From NCBI GenBank assembly GCA_013239625.1, contig MU056000.1, positions 10,987,175 to 11,051,174 on the forward strand: DNA of 64,000 bases, written 5' to 3'. Shown in pieces: positions 25,160 through 37,855 of the stretch. Below the pieces are notes generated by a model. The model ran no database searches. It saw only the letters and a program-made list of their open reading frames with translations, and was not told the origin of the DNA. The DNA comes from Lama guanicoe (lineage: Eukaryota). How positions within the stretch are numbered: the first letter of the stretch is position 1; every line of letters begins with the position of its first letter. A program made the translations under genes and the position numbers.

Positions 25160-25770
25160 CTCTTAATCCAAGCTCACAAACCAAAATTTATTGTCTTTCC
25201 TTTACATACGTGAGATTCCTAGTGTGTTTCCTGATCTGTTAATAAAACTCTTATTCAAGGTCAAACCCGGAGTTGTCTCACTGTTCTTTTCCCTTTCGTC
25301 TAGAAATCAGTGTCCACGACGGCCGGCTCTGCCTCTGAAATATTACTTTCCTATCTCTACGTTTCTGCTACCACTTGCCCTCCCTCTGCCCTCACCATTA
25401 GTTCCCTGGATTAGGGCAATATTTTCACAATTGTTCTCTTTGTCACCAATATTTCTTTCTCTCTACAATCTGTCAGCCGTCTTGCCACCACTTACTGAGG
25501 GATTTATTAGATCAGGACAGTAAAAGGAGTTTGTTTCATTTGTCTTGGTGTCTTTCCATGCATCGTGTTGCTTTTGTCGTAGCCTCCATTGCAATTTACA
25601 ATTTTTCTTTCCTTTTATAATTTGTTGATCTGTTTCTCTGACGGCATTGCCAGCTTGATGAAGTCATGAGTCATACCAGTTTGTTATATCATTTTCTCTA
25701 TCCCCCACGTGTACCCAGCGTGAGTTACAGGGTAGGCGGTCTAGAAGTGTTTCTTGAATAAATGTGTAAG
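25160..25770 (+). mobile_element. LINE-2 3' region
   Basis: tcttaatccaagctcacaaaccaaaattt...cagcgtgagttacagggtaggcggtctagaagtgtttcttgaataaatg. Confidence 0.6.
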
Positions 25771-26030
25771 ATATAACTTTATAGTCTTATCTTTAGATTT
25801 GTTATAGCTTCATGACCTACAGTTTACATTTCATACTTAGAGGGCTTTTAGGAAATTGGACTCTGCAAACTTTCCAGTTCAATTCTTTTCACCCTTCCTA
25901 CATAGATGCCTTTTAGCCTATATGTGGTTTCCCAAATGTACCTATTTTGCTGCTGCCATTTTTCTAGAATACCTTTCTTTCCTCTCTGGCAAATATCTGC
26001 TTTTTTAAAAAACCAGTCTCCAGTAGTTCC

Positions 26031-27332
26031 TTTCTATTGAGGTGTAGTTGATTTACAATGTTGTGTTAGTTTCCGATATATTGTAAATAAGTTCATTTGT
26101 ATCATTCTTTTTCTAGATTCTATACTTAAGTGATATCATAAGGTATTTTTCTTTCTCTTTCTGGCTTACTTCGCTTAGAATGACAGTGTCTAGATCCATC
26201 TATGTTGCTGCAAATGCATTATTTTATTCTTTTTTATGGTTGTGTAGTGTTCCATTGTATAAATATACCACAACTTCTTTATCCAGTCATCTGTCGCTGG
26301 ACATTTAGGCTGTTTCCATGTCTTGGCTATTGTAAATAGTGCTGCTATGAACACTGGGGTGCATGTATCTTTTTGAATTAGAAGTTTCTCCAAATATATG
26401 CCCAGGAGTGAGATTGCTATATACCACAATTCTTTATCCAGTCATCTGTCGCTGGACATTTAGGCTGTTTCCATGTCTTGGCTATTGTAAATAGTGCTGC
26501 TATGAACACTGGGGTGCATGTATCTTTTTGAATTAGAAGTTTCTCCAAATATATGCCCAGGAGTGAGATTGCTGGATCATATGTTAAGTCTATTTTTAGC
26601 TTTTTAAGACATCTCCATACTGTTTTCCATAATGGCTGTGCCAAACTACATTCCCACCAACAATGCAGGAGAGTTCCCTTTGCTCCACACTCTCTCCAGC
26701 AGTTATCATTTGTGGACTTTTTAATAATGGCTATTCTGACTGCTGTGAGGTGATACCTCATTGTAATTTTAATTTGTACTTCTCTGCTAATTAGCAATAT
26801 TGAGCATTTTTCATGTGCTTTTTGGCCATCTGTATGTCTTCAGTGGAGAAATGTCTATTTAGGACTTCCACCCATTTTTTGGGGTTGTTTTGTTGTTGTT
26901 GCTGTTGTTGCTGAGTTGTATAAACTGCTTGAATATTCTGGAAATTAATCTCTTGTCAGTCACATTGTTTGCAAATATTTTCTTCCATCTCATAGGTTGT
27001 CTTTTTGTTTTGTTTATAGTTTCCTTTACTGTACAAAAGCTTATAAGTTAATCTTCAATAAAGAGGCAAGAATATACAATGGAGAAAGGACAGGCTCTAC
27101 TGCAAGTGATGTTCGGAAAGCTGAACAGTCACATTCAAATCAATGAAGTTAGAACACTCCCTCACACCATACACAAAAATAAACTCACAATGGCTTAAAG
27201 AACTTAGACGTAAGACAAGACACCATAAACCTCCTAGAAGAGAACATAAGAAAAACATTCTCTGATGTAAATTGTAGCAGTGTTCTCTTAGGTCATTATA
27301 ACAAGGCAATAGAAATAAAAGCAAAAGTAAAC
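26031..27332 (-). mobile_element. L1 with 5' inversion and internal tandem duplication
   Basis: ORF 26417-26797 is the L1 ORF2 C-terminus ([41 protein letters not shown]). 26031-27049 is antisense; ~27050-27332 is the adjacent upstream ORF2 segment in the opposite orientation. Confidence 0.93.
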
Positions 27333-27558
27333 ATTGTAGATTTTACATGCTTATTTGCTCTTGCTAAATTATGAGACATTTGAAAATAGTGGTTGTGTTT
27401 TATCTTTGTTTACACAGTAGCTGACATAGTGCACGAAATAATCATTGTTTGATGAACGCTTACAACCTGAAGTGGTCTTATCCGTTCCTTCTTTCCCCAT
27501 TCATCACCTGTTGTGGACTTTCCCAGGGTTGATTTTCACCTTTGTTTTTCTGTCTCTT

Positions 27559-27874
27559 TGTAGTAGAGAATAACTTCTGTTTTGTTGGAAGTGTACAGGG
27601 ACACCATGACCTGGCCCACGTGGACGGCTGCAAGAACAAAGAATGCCAGTAGCAAGAACTTTGCAGCAACCAACCACATCCCCTCCCTTGTTTTTTTCAC
27701 ATAAAATGAGCCTGTATTCTGACTAGAAGCAGGATAGTTCTCCAAGATATTAGTCTGCTATGCTCTCAGTCTGCTGGCTTCCTGAGTAAAGTTGCTATTC
27801 CTTGCTCCAACACCTCGTCTCCTGATTTATTGGCCTGTCTTGCGGCGAGCAGAACAAGTTTGGATTCGGCAATA
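27559..27874 (+). mobile_element. ERV1-class solo LTR
   Basis: TG start, agtaaa poly(A)-like signal, acacctcgtctcctgatttattggcctgtcttgcggcgagcag U5, end in aata (decayed aaca); 4 bp TSD tctt on both sides. Confidence 0.8.
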
Positions 27875-30800
27875 TCTTTTTCTCTCAACTTCAGCTGTGA
27901 GCTCTGTGTTTGCTAGTCACATCTCTATCACGTGACCTTACATGTCTTACACATTTTCCTCCACTCCAGAGCAAGCTTCTCCCCAGCTGCCATATGGGAT
28001 CACTGGCACCAGCAAATTTTCAGTTCTTTGAAGGCAACAACCTAGGGCCACTTCTTCCTTTTTGCCCTCCTTCCTCATGTTTCCTCCGCAAGTTTAGACG
28101 ATGTCACAAACTCTGTTCTCATTTCTATTACGCTAGCCCAGGCAGCCATCTTTGAACAACCTGAACAGGAGCTTCTGGACTCTTCTCTGTGTCCCTCTTC
28201 CCATCCACCCAGAACTAAAACTTCCCCAACAGATCTCTTGGAAACACCAGCCTCATCAAAGGCTCTCTCCTGCCACACTCCTTCAGATCAGAAAATGCCA
28301 AAGGCAACTGGTTGCCTCCTGGTTATCTCCAAGTGCCTTGGGGTAGCATTCAACAGTTCTGTAGACTCTGTTTCCACTCTACCTGGACAATCTCTACCTC
28401 CACCTTACCTGGAAACTCAGACAGGCCCAACTCCTCTCTGATTCCTGAGTTCTCTGTAACCACCCCGGGCTCAAACACAGGCTTTTCCCAAGGATCTGAG
28501 GCAGTGTCTTCTTGGAATGCTTGTGAGTTTTCTTTAAACACTGAAATATTAATAGATTACTTTAGGAGAAAGATACAGATCTGTAGTTAGAAGATTTGGG
28601 GAAATACTTGATCAAATAAAATTAAATAGTTTTTAATGATAGTGAGGTTCTCAGAAATTTCATTATATTTATGTGCATGGTGCCTCCCCACAGAAGAAAT
28701 TTAGTATACATCATTCTCCACATTTTCTTACACGTAGAAACTCTTTATAAAGAGCACATTGGCGAGCTTTAAATCCATAAAACACATCTAGGAAATTGCT
28801 GCTCCTGTGTATACGGATTCCAGGTTTTCCTATTTGTGGCTCGTATTACCTCTATGGCTAATTTGTGTGCTTATTCATACATTTTTTCCCTTTTGCATCT
28901 TTTTGATCATCTAGCTCAATGCTGTTATAGAGGAAGTGTAAAATAAATGTTTGTTAAATGAATGGATAAACTTTGCATTTCACTGATGAAAAAATTTGGG
29001 AAAATTTGAGACTGGACCAAAGTCTCGTGATTCCTACTTGAGTAGATCAAGTCATTTCCTAACTAACTGGTTACCCAGAATTAAAGTTTCTACTGCTGAA
29101 TCCCAAGTCTGTGAGCTCTCTGCAATTTAGCTACTCATTTATCTTAAAATACCATAGAAGGACCCATTCATATAACAGTCAGAGGAAGATTATTTAGACA
29201 AAGCTTTCGTTTTTCTCTGAAAATTTGAGCAATTCCCACCAAGACAGTCTTATTATAGCCTCCAATTTACTTGAAATTATAGACCATCACAGGAATATGG
29301 AACTATAAGTTGGTATATGTGCAAAGCGATAGAAATAAGAAAGGAGGTACTAAGGTTTTTTTTTATAACTCAAGAAAATCTATTTCATCCTTCTAATTTA
29401 GTTGTTACTGTCATGTTCCATAACTTGCAAATACATAAGTAAATTAACAGCATTATATGTTAACTCTTCTCTTGGTCAAGCAATATTTATTCAATCAATA
29501 AACAGCTATTTATTGAGGAATGATGACCTCCCAGACTCTGTGGTAAGTGATGTGGTTACTGCCATGAACAAGCTAAAGGCACCTTTGAATGTATAATCAT
29601 GGTAATGATAGACGCTGACAAGGAAAAGCACAGGCTTCCAAGCGTGCATGTGACAGCAAGACCCTAACCTAGTCTTGGGGCAATGGAGCGCGTCCTCAAG
29701 AAAGGTCCATTTAGAACAATACTTGAGGCGCAAGTTAAGACTCAGCCAGAGAAAAATAGGAGAAGGCCCTGCTGTGGGAAGGGTCTTGGAAAGTTTCAGA
29801 AACCAAAATATAGTTCAAGAATGTCAAGCGAAAAAGAGATAACAAAAGCTAGCTTACGGGCCCACAAATGATGTCCATAACACATCTCACCCTTTCCCCA
29901 CCTTTATTTTCTCCTTACTTGCCCAGAGTAAAAGTTTATATTTTCTTTTAAGCTTCTTTAGGAAGGGTTTTATTGAAAAGCACTGCTGGTAAACAGAATA
30001 AATGATTCTGAAGCCCACTGACAACTTTTTAGAAAGCTTGGAATTATAAAACAAAGCTTCTGAACTTGTGACATTACAAACATTGCCTTGGTATTAGAGC
30101 ATGATTGTCAAGGCAGCTTGGATGGCTGGCTTAGGGCCAGTGTGAATGATTCCAGTCTGGCTGTAACTGCAGCGAGATGAGGTAGTGATCGTTTTCCGCA
30201 CTGTTGAAATAGTGCCTGCCTTTCACCCCAGAGGGGATGCTTATGGATGCTGGGTGACGTGCAGAAGACCCAGGCATCACGGTCCTGTGGGATTCACCTC
30301 AGGGTTAAAGAGTGTCATCTAAAAGAAAACGCATAAATGTTCAAACTAAATGAAAGCTAATTTGAAGCTTCTGATAGATATTTTGGGAAATTCAGTTTTA
30401 GAGGTGGTGTTTTTAAAAGATTGTCTTAAAAGTATTACCAATGACTCGAGTATCTTTAAAAATAATAATGATAGAGAAATTAATCAAGGACCTAAACATT
30501 TACTTGTTTTCATTAACTCATCATCTTAGAAAATGTAAAGAAAAAAAAAAAGGTGAACAAGAGAATGTTTTGTGTTGAAAAGTCCCTGGAAGGGGAACGA
30601 GGATGCCACATTCCCACATTCCTTTTCCTCTTTCTCTCTTTCCACCTTTTTATCTACACTGCCTCATGTCAGAAGTTATTCATGATAGCTTATAAAGTCA
30701 CATTTGGCAAGGAACTTAATGAAGAAATTGGAGAAATGGGAAAAGAGAGAAGAAGAAAAAATAAATAAAAGCAGGGACCACATTAACACCTTCCCCCATC

Positions 30801-32275
30801 ACACTTCTGTACTTGGCTCCGTGTTGCCTGGCCCCCAGTACAACAGCCTTAGGACAGAAGTGAATCAAATGCTGGTTGGTGAGGCCAGGGCTCAGAGACA
30901 TTTCTCTGCTGGGTGGTTGGTGGGCATGACGGTGAAAGGGAGCTCCTGGGGAATGCAGGCAAGAGATGGTAAAATGCTCAACAACACTGCTACCATAGAT
31001 GCAACCACAAATGTCGCCGATCTGTTTTGAGTCATAGTTCCTGAAGTCAGCAATGGTCTGATGCCGGAGTGCAGCTCAGTGGGCCAGAAGGGCCTGCTCC
31101 AGGCCTGTAGGCTTTTGATGGTCATCACAGTCAAAAGACCAAATGTAGTCCCTGTGAGTCCTTTTCTTTTTTTCAGCATTTCAGGGGATAGACAGGGTGG
31201 ACGCATGACCTCCCCACTGCCTTTACAAAGACTGAAAAACAATCAGGAAAAGGAAGCCTGTAGAGATAATTAAGACTTACATGTGAAAGAAAGTGCAAAT
31301 TGAAACAACGGAAGCAGAACCATAAGAAGAAGCTATTACACTTTGAGGAGGATACTGTCTTGTGATTCAAACAAAGAAGAAAGGAAGAAAAATAATAAAC
31401 CAGAAGGAAGTCAGTGATCCGGGTCCTCCATAGAGGGGTGCCTCTGCACAGCCATGCCACCAGCAGCCGAGAGCGGCACAGACAGAGCGGTTACAGGGCA
31501 CACTTTCTTGTGATCTGTCAGGTGAGCAAGTGCCTTCTAGGGTCCTCCCACAGAGGTGATCCCTCCTTGATCAAAGAGATGACTGTGCAGTCAGTGCCTC
31601 GCCTGCAGAAATGGGTAGACTGGTCTTTTAGTCCTGCCCATGCGCAACAGCTTCCAGATCTCAGTAAACGAAATGCCGTGCAAGATGCTAAGCTCTGTGC
31701 TCGGGTGATGGGCAAAGTGCTAGGGGAGCACCGGGAAGGACTTATTACTGGCCAATTTCTGTGTTAGTTCAGTGGTTTCGGAAAATATTAGGTGCTAACA
31801 TTTCTTAGACAATAAAATAGATACAGGTTTGTCTTCGAGTTTAACAAATCATAAACATCTTATAATGTTTCCATTTTCTTTGTAATTTGGAAAATAATAA
31901 TTTGCTCTCACAAGCAGTGTTAAGGTCTTGGAATTTTCATAGATGCCTTGCGGAGTGTCACCGTGGACAGGTAAGATCTTCACCAGAAAGGTACGACAGC
32001 AACCATGTTGATGAAAAATGAGAAATAAGAGTAATGTCAGAATTTATATTTTTACAAAATGCCAGAAAACATGCTAGTTTGTTAAAGAGTCATTAAAATA
32101 TCAGACAGATTGCCCCCAACAGTCTACATCAACACAGCCCACTCGTGGAGCTGGTGCAGAGCAGTGTGAGGACCTGCGCTCATACACCAAGGTTTCTACC
32201 TCACTATGGATTATTTTGGTCCAGGAAGTAGTGCACAAAACTGCCATCTGACAGAGGCCCAGCATCATTGGAGAC

Positions 32276-32614
32276 TGTCATGAATGTATCCTCCCAATTT
32301 ATATGTTGAAACCTAATTCCCAACGTGATGGTTCAAGGAGGTGGGAATTGGGTGATTATATTATGAGGGCAAAGCCCTCGTGGATGGGATCCATGCCCTT
32401 ATAGAAGACCCCAGAGAGCCCCCTCGCCCCTTCTGTCAAGCAAGGACACAGAGAGAACACTACCAACTGTGAACTAGGAAGTTGGTCCCCACCAGATACC
32501 AATTCTTGATCTTGGACTTTGCAGTCTCCCTGACAGTGAGAAATTGACTTCTGTGGTTTATAATCCACCCAGTCCACAGTATTTTTGTTATAGTAGCCCC
32601 AAAACATGAAGACA
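32276..32614 (+). mobile_element. MaLR solo LTR (MLT1A-like)
   Basis: tatgttgaaacctaattcccaa, cttgatcttggacttt, ttgttatagtagcc...aagaca. Confidence 0.88.
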
Positions 32615-32945
32615 CATAGTCAGAATTATACTTGCGTCCTATGCTACCGCTCGTTTTCAATAAGATATTCCAGGATTTGTATTAAGCTGTAATTAGAATG
32701 TCGAAGAGCCAAATTTTCATCGCGGCATACAGCCCTTATGAAAACCAGGAGACTGAAATTGCAATATCATATTGTTTGCAAGTATCATATTGTTTGCAAA
32801 GTTGTTTTAAACCCGTTGTTTTTTTAAAAGAAAATGCCACACTTTTTAAATAGGAAAAGAGAGCAATGTGACCAAAAACCTACAGCAATAAGGTCAAACT
32901 AACACACTTACTATCAATGAATTAGAACCCTTTGTGTTCCAAGTT

Positions 32946-33048
32946 TTTTTTTAAAACTGAAGTACACTCAGTTGCAATGTGTCCAGCTCTGGTGTTCAGC
33001 ACAATGTCCCCGTCGTGCACATACACAGATACATGCGTTTTCATATTC
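32946..33048 (-). mobile_element. Short L1 3' UTR insertion
   Basis: Aligns to the copy at 46306-46402; degenerate TSD ctttgtgttccaagtt / ctttgcgttcccgatt. Confidence 0.8.
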
Positions 33049-33970
33049 TTTGCGTTCCCGATTATTTAGAACCTTGTGCACAGGCTTCTCTTGGCTTTTC
33101 CTGGAGGAAATGTCTCTGTTAGGATCAGGTCATGCTTGTTAAGTTACAGCACAAATCTTAACCACATGCATACGAACACATATGTCCCAAAAGCTGATTG
33201 CTGATTTTCCTATACGCTGAAACATGAGCAGGAATTGCAGTCATAAGAAGTGAGAAAATGTTAGAACAGATATTTCCTGCTATTTAAAAAACAAGTCTCA
33301 GATATTATTAAGTATATCATATAAATAAGATTAATAATATAATAAATACATTAACACAGCTATTAGCTTTTCAACTGTGATATGTATGTAATCACATATA
33401 ACCCTCCTTGACGTAGCCCCCAGACATTCCAATCGTGGATTGAAAAGCATAATGATTTGGGGGTACATAGATAAAAGCATCCAAAGATGCAGTAAAATTT
33501 TTTACACAAATTCCACCCTTGCTACTAATGAGAAACTGATACCATATGTATACTTTGAGCACCAGTGTATATAGTTTTCTCTGTGCATGAACCTATCTCA
33601 AAAAAATATGGAAAATCAATGACTTGAACTGAATTTGATATTCCTACAAAAAAAAAAAAGAGAGAGAAAGAAAGAACAAGAGGATCACCTGGAAAGTTTT
33701 ATCACACACAGGCTATGGCAACATCTGGTCAACTTACTGAAACAACCACTGCATAAGACAGTTTATCAGACATTTGAAATGCGAAACGTGGCAGGGAGAA
33801 GTGTGGACCCACTGAGCCAGTAACCTTGAATTGGTGTCAAAATGAGAGGAAAAATAAATAAGCACCCAACATTCTCATACAGAAGTCTTACCGTCCAAAA
33901 TAAAGTAATATAATACAAAAGAATAAATAATTATTATAACATCCAATGAAAGCAAATTTCCCTTATTAAT

Positions 33971-34212
33971 CAGTGGTAGACAAATTTTTTTCTGTGAAAC
34001 CCATTCAGCAATATTTTTGCCTTCCCAGCCGTGCAGTCTTTGTCACACTACAATTCTGCCATTGTGCCACAAAAGCAGTCAGAGACAATACTGAAACAAA
34101 TGGCACGACGCTGTTCCAAACAATGGTTGGTTTTTTTCTTTTTTTTCTTTTTTTGCAAAAACTGGCAGCAGACTGGATTTGCCTAAGGACCACAGTTTGC
34201 CAACTTATGTTT
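33971..34212 (+). mobile_element. MER58A-like hAT-Charlie element
   Basis: cagtggtagacaaattttttt...caattctgccattgtgccacaaaagcagtcagagacaatac...ggatttgcctaaggaccacagtttgccaac. Confidence 0.8.
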
Positions 34213-34389
34213 TAGGTTATAAGAAGACTTAATTCTTGGCAAAAATAGGTCAAGAGTATAGATGACACAACAAATATTTACCTGCAGTGAAGCCACCGAA
34301 TTTCATAGCTACTGGTACCAGTGGCAGAACCTCAAACTTCTTGAAATAATAGCAACGTAAAATTTCAGCACCTAAATGTCAATGGCGGT

Positions 34390-34604
34390 CTGTGCTGTAT
34401 AATATGGTAGCCAGTAGCCACACGTGACTGTTTATATTTAAATATAAACTAATTAAAATTAAATAAAATTTAACATTGAGTTTCTCTGTCCCATCAGCCA
34501 CATTTCAAGTGTTCAATAGATATATGTGTGTTATAGCTGCCATATTAGACAGCACAGAAGACGGAATATTTCCATCATGATGGGAGTTTTATTGGGTAAC
34601 ACTG
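34390..34604. mobile_element. MER3-like hAT-Charlie element
   Basis: ctgtgctgtataatatggtagccagtagccacacgtgact...agccacatttcaagtgttcaatag...ttattgggtaacactg. Confidence 0.82.
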
Positions 34605-35664
34605 GTTTAGATTATACAGATTAGACATACAAAGAAACTGAAGCTTAGCAGTGGAGTGTCTTGCTATAAACCACGGGGCAGTTCAGTGGGGACACCAGAA
34701 GGGCATCTGAGTTCTTCTGCCTCCTAGTGTCTCACGCATAATAGGAGACAATCAGTCAACAAAGAACAGCACTCTGAAAATGCAATGTGTAGCAACCCCA
34801 GACAGAAGTAACATCAGTTAAAGACAGTTATTTAAAGATGCTCTGGACCTGAGGCACCAGACTCTTGGTGGAGGCCATCTGAATATAAATGTTTCTCTAT
34901 AAAAACGTCTAGGAAAATTCCTTGACATGGGACCTTAGAGACAACAGAAAGATGAAGATAATCTCTTATTTAGTGAGTTTATATATAAAGTGGGGTTTGT
35001 CTAATACTAATGTCAAATACTTCCCTTCGAAGGAGCAGAGAAACTTCCATCTAAGGGCGGATAAAACGGGCTTGTTTCTGACCTGCTTCAAAAGGAATGA
35101 TATTTGCCTGTATTATTTAGATTCTGTGGGTCCCTTCTCTCTGCCCCAAGCTGTTTGTGCTTACGTCATCCTGGAGTCTTTTTCTTGCCTAGTTGTCCTT
35201 ATTCCCAGTCTCTGCGTGTACAGTTACTGAAAAATCACTGCTAAGATGACATCTATAGCCTCTAGATGCATTATCACTTCACTGTACACCCAGAAATTCC
35301 TTCTAGTACCTTCTTTTTTGGATAGTTCTGCATTTTCAGCCTCAGTAATCTGAGTTTTCCATTACTGACTTTAATATTCTGTTTTCACACCGAAACTGGG
35401 GAGCTCCATCAATCTCTGTTCATTTCAGTAGAAAGTCACTTTCAAACTAGGTTGGAGCCAAATGGTGGACCATCTGGAACATGGCACTTTCTAGGGAGCT
35501 CTGTCTGCACATGCTGGGCGTGTTGCTGTTTAACAACTGCCCAGTGAGTTTCAGCACACTCTCCCTGAACAGCTTTCCCTGATGAGCTACTGTCTTCATC
35601 CCAACTATTATTTAAATAGTGCTTGACTTGCCATAAGACACTAAACTGTGTGTTTACTACTAAA

Positions 35665-36060
35665 TGAGGTCTTTGGTCGGGTTCCCTGGAAAAGACATTG
35701 AGGCCGATCAATGCAGGGGTCTGATCAGGGCTTGTGGCAGGGGCAACACTCATCAGGAAGTGAAGGAGGGAGCGTGGGACAGAGGGAGACATTGAGCTGA
35801 GCTGCAGAAGAGGCCCCACTGATCCACGAGGAGCTCCACAAGAACAGGGATGGTCCTTCACTTATCCCAAGGTGAGGCAAAGGGGGCAGTCTTTTGTCTA
35901 GTTGTCGGATTGGGTTCCCCCAGGAAGGAGGCATCAACGTGAGTGGGGTAGTCCCGTTGGTCAAAGGCAATTCCTGGAGAAGGAAGGAGCAGCCAGCACA
36001 GTTGCCAGGACTTCCAGCAGCTGCGGGGACAGAGTGTGCCAGTCCTGGAGGGGCATCAAG
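35665..36060 (-). mobile_element. ERVL-class LTR (LTR16C-like)
   Basis: ggtcgggttccctggaaaagac...cagagggagacattgagctg...gatccacgaggagctc...ggcaattcctggagaagg. Confidence 0.65.
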
Positions 36061-36188
36061 GCAGTGACTCATAGCAGCCATTACAGTGCGGTGACATAAC
36101 AAGAGGTACTGGCACAAAGCAGATGCATATTTAAAAAATTCTACCTTAACTCATTTTGAAAGAATTTTGTTTTGTTTTGAGCTTATAA

Positions 36189-36322
36189 GGGGGGAGGATG
36201 TAGCTCAAGTGGTCGAGTACATGCCTACAATGCACAAGGTCCTGCATTCAATCCCCGAATCTCCATTAAAAATAAATAAATAAACCTAATTACTTCCCCT
36301 CCAAAACAAACTAACCAAGAAC
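36189..36322 (+). mobile_element. tRNA-derived SINE (camelid Vic-1-like)
   Basis: ggggaggatgtagctcaagtggtcgagtacatgcc (A box), ttcaatccc (B box), taaataaacctaattacttcccc tail; TSD gttttgagcttata / gttttgagctcata. Confidence 0.88.
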
Positions 36323-36467
36323 GTTTTGAGCTCATATCAATTCATGGAATCTTAGATTTAGATTGGAAAGACACCTTAGAGTTTATTCAAACCTACCCAA
36401 GACAAGAACACTTTCACAAATCAGCATGCAGCGCCTCCCATGAAGCTGGCGGTGAAAAGTGAACATC

Positions 36468-36745
36468 TGCTAGGGGCTCTGGACTGAATGTTTGTGTCCT
36501 CCCCAAATTATGTTGAAACCTAACCCCCACTGTGATGAAACGTGGAGGTGAAGCCCTTTGGGAGGTGATTAGGTCTCTGCCCTCATGAATGATATTTGTG
36601 CACATATGAAAAAGACCCCAGGGAGCTCCCTTGCCCATTCTGCCATGTGAGGACACAGTGAGAGGACTATTAGCCAGGAAACTGGCCACCAATCAGACGC
36701 CAATTCTGGCTGCACCTTGATCTTGGACTTCCCAGCATTCCAGGC
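36468..36745 (+). mobile_element. MaLR LTR fragment (MLT1A-like)
   Basis: ggactgaatgtttgtgtcctccccaaattatgttgaaacctaacccccac...caccttgatcttggacttcccagc. Confidence 0.85.
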
Positions 36746-37554
36746 ATATCAGCCTACTTTTTGGTACTAAATCAGGACACAATATAGCAAATAGAAGTGG
36801 CTAAGGATACCCAAAGAAATAGGAAGACTCTATCCAGATATAGAAATTATGTCTACATTCTTGTTCTGATTTAAAAAGAATTCATACTAATTATTTTAAG
36901 TAGATTACTGAGTTTATTTAACTGATAAAAATGGACCTATTTGCAGGTCAAGATTCTGTTTGAATGAATTAAAGCAAATGATTTTTGTCTAATTTGTTTA
37001 GTTGATCCAAAAACAGACAAAGAAATGAATTTTTATAATCTGCCAACATGTGAATATAGGGACCTTTATTATATCCTTAAAACTACCCTGCGCTTGTGGA
37101 AGATTCTGAAGATACTGGGGGTCACCACTCTCTGCAGAAGTGTTGGGGAGTCAAAACTCATGCAGAGGGAGTAAGACACAGTGTAAGTCCGAATGAAAGC
37201 ACTATCACTGCAGGGCTAACATTAAGGTCTTGTTTGTTGAACAGGCACCCTGGGGGTGCCCCTTCTCAGGGGTCTGATTTTTCCCGGGCCCATCTTAGAA
37301 GACTGGTGCTTCCCCCAGAGATAATTCCACTTCTCAACCCATTTCTAGAACTTCTTTATGGAAAGTGCCTTTAAAACTTGTTTCACATTATTTTCCTGTG
37401 TTCATTATTTGTCTTTGAGTTTCATTTTGGGAATAGCCAAAGTAATAAATAAAGTCAAACTTAGACATAATTCTCTGGATCCAAACTAAGTTATAATTAA
37501 TGAATTTTTTCTTCTGGAATAGCTAATAGACTAGCTCATTCATTCACTTATACA

Positions 37555-37855
37555 ATTTTATCTTATTTAAACTGAGATATAATTGATATGTAACATTGTG
37601 TAAATTGAAGGTGTACCATGTATTGATTTGACACATTGATGTATTACAATATGATTACTGGAATAGCATAGTTTACACCTCAATCATGTCATGTAATGAT
37701 AGTTTCTTTTTTGTGGTGAGAATATTTAAGATTTACTCTCTTACTAACTTTGAAGTATATTATACAATGTTGTTGACTATAATCATTATGCTATGCATTT
37801 GATCTCCAGAACTTATTCATCTTCTGGTTGGAAGTCTGTACCCTTTGATCAACAC
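37555..37855 (-). mobile_element. L1 3' UTR fragment
   Basis: actgagatataattgatatgtaacattgtgtaaatt...gatctccagaacttattcatctt...gtaccctttgatcaaca. Confidence 0.82.

Noticed and set aside
32765..32799. 18 bp-period direct repeat tatcatattgtttgcaa
   Set aside because: Two copies only; ordinary slippage duplication.
36189..36265. tRNA gene (also at 53531 and 61797)
   Set aside because: Degenerate cloverleaf with A-rich tail and TSD identifies these as SINE heads.
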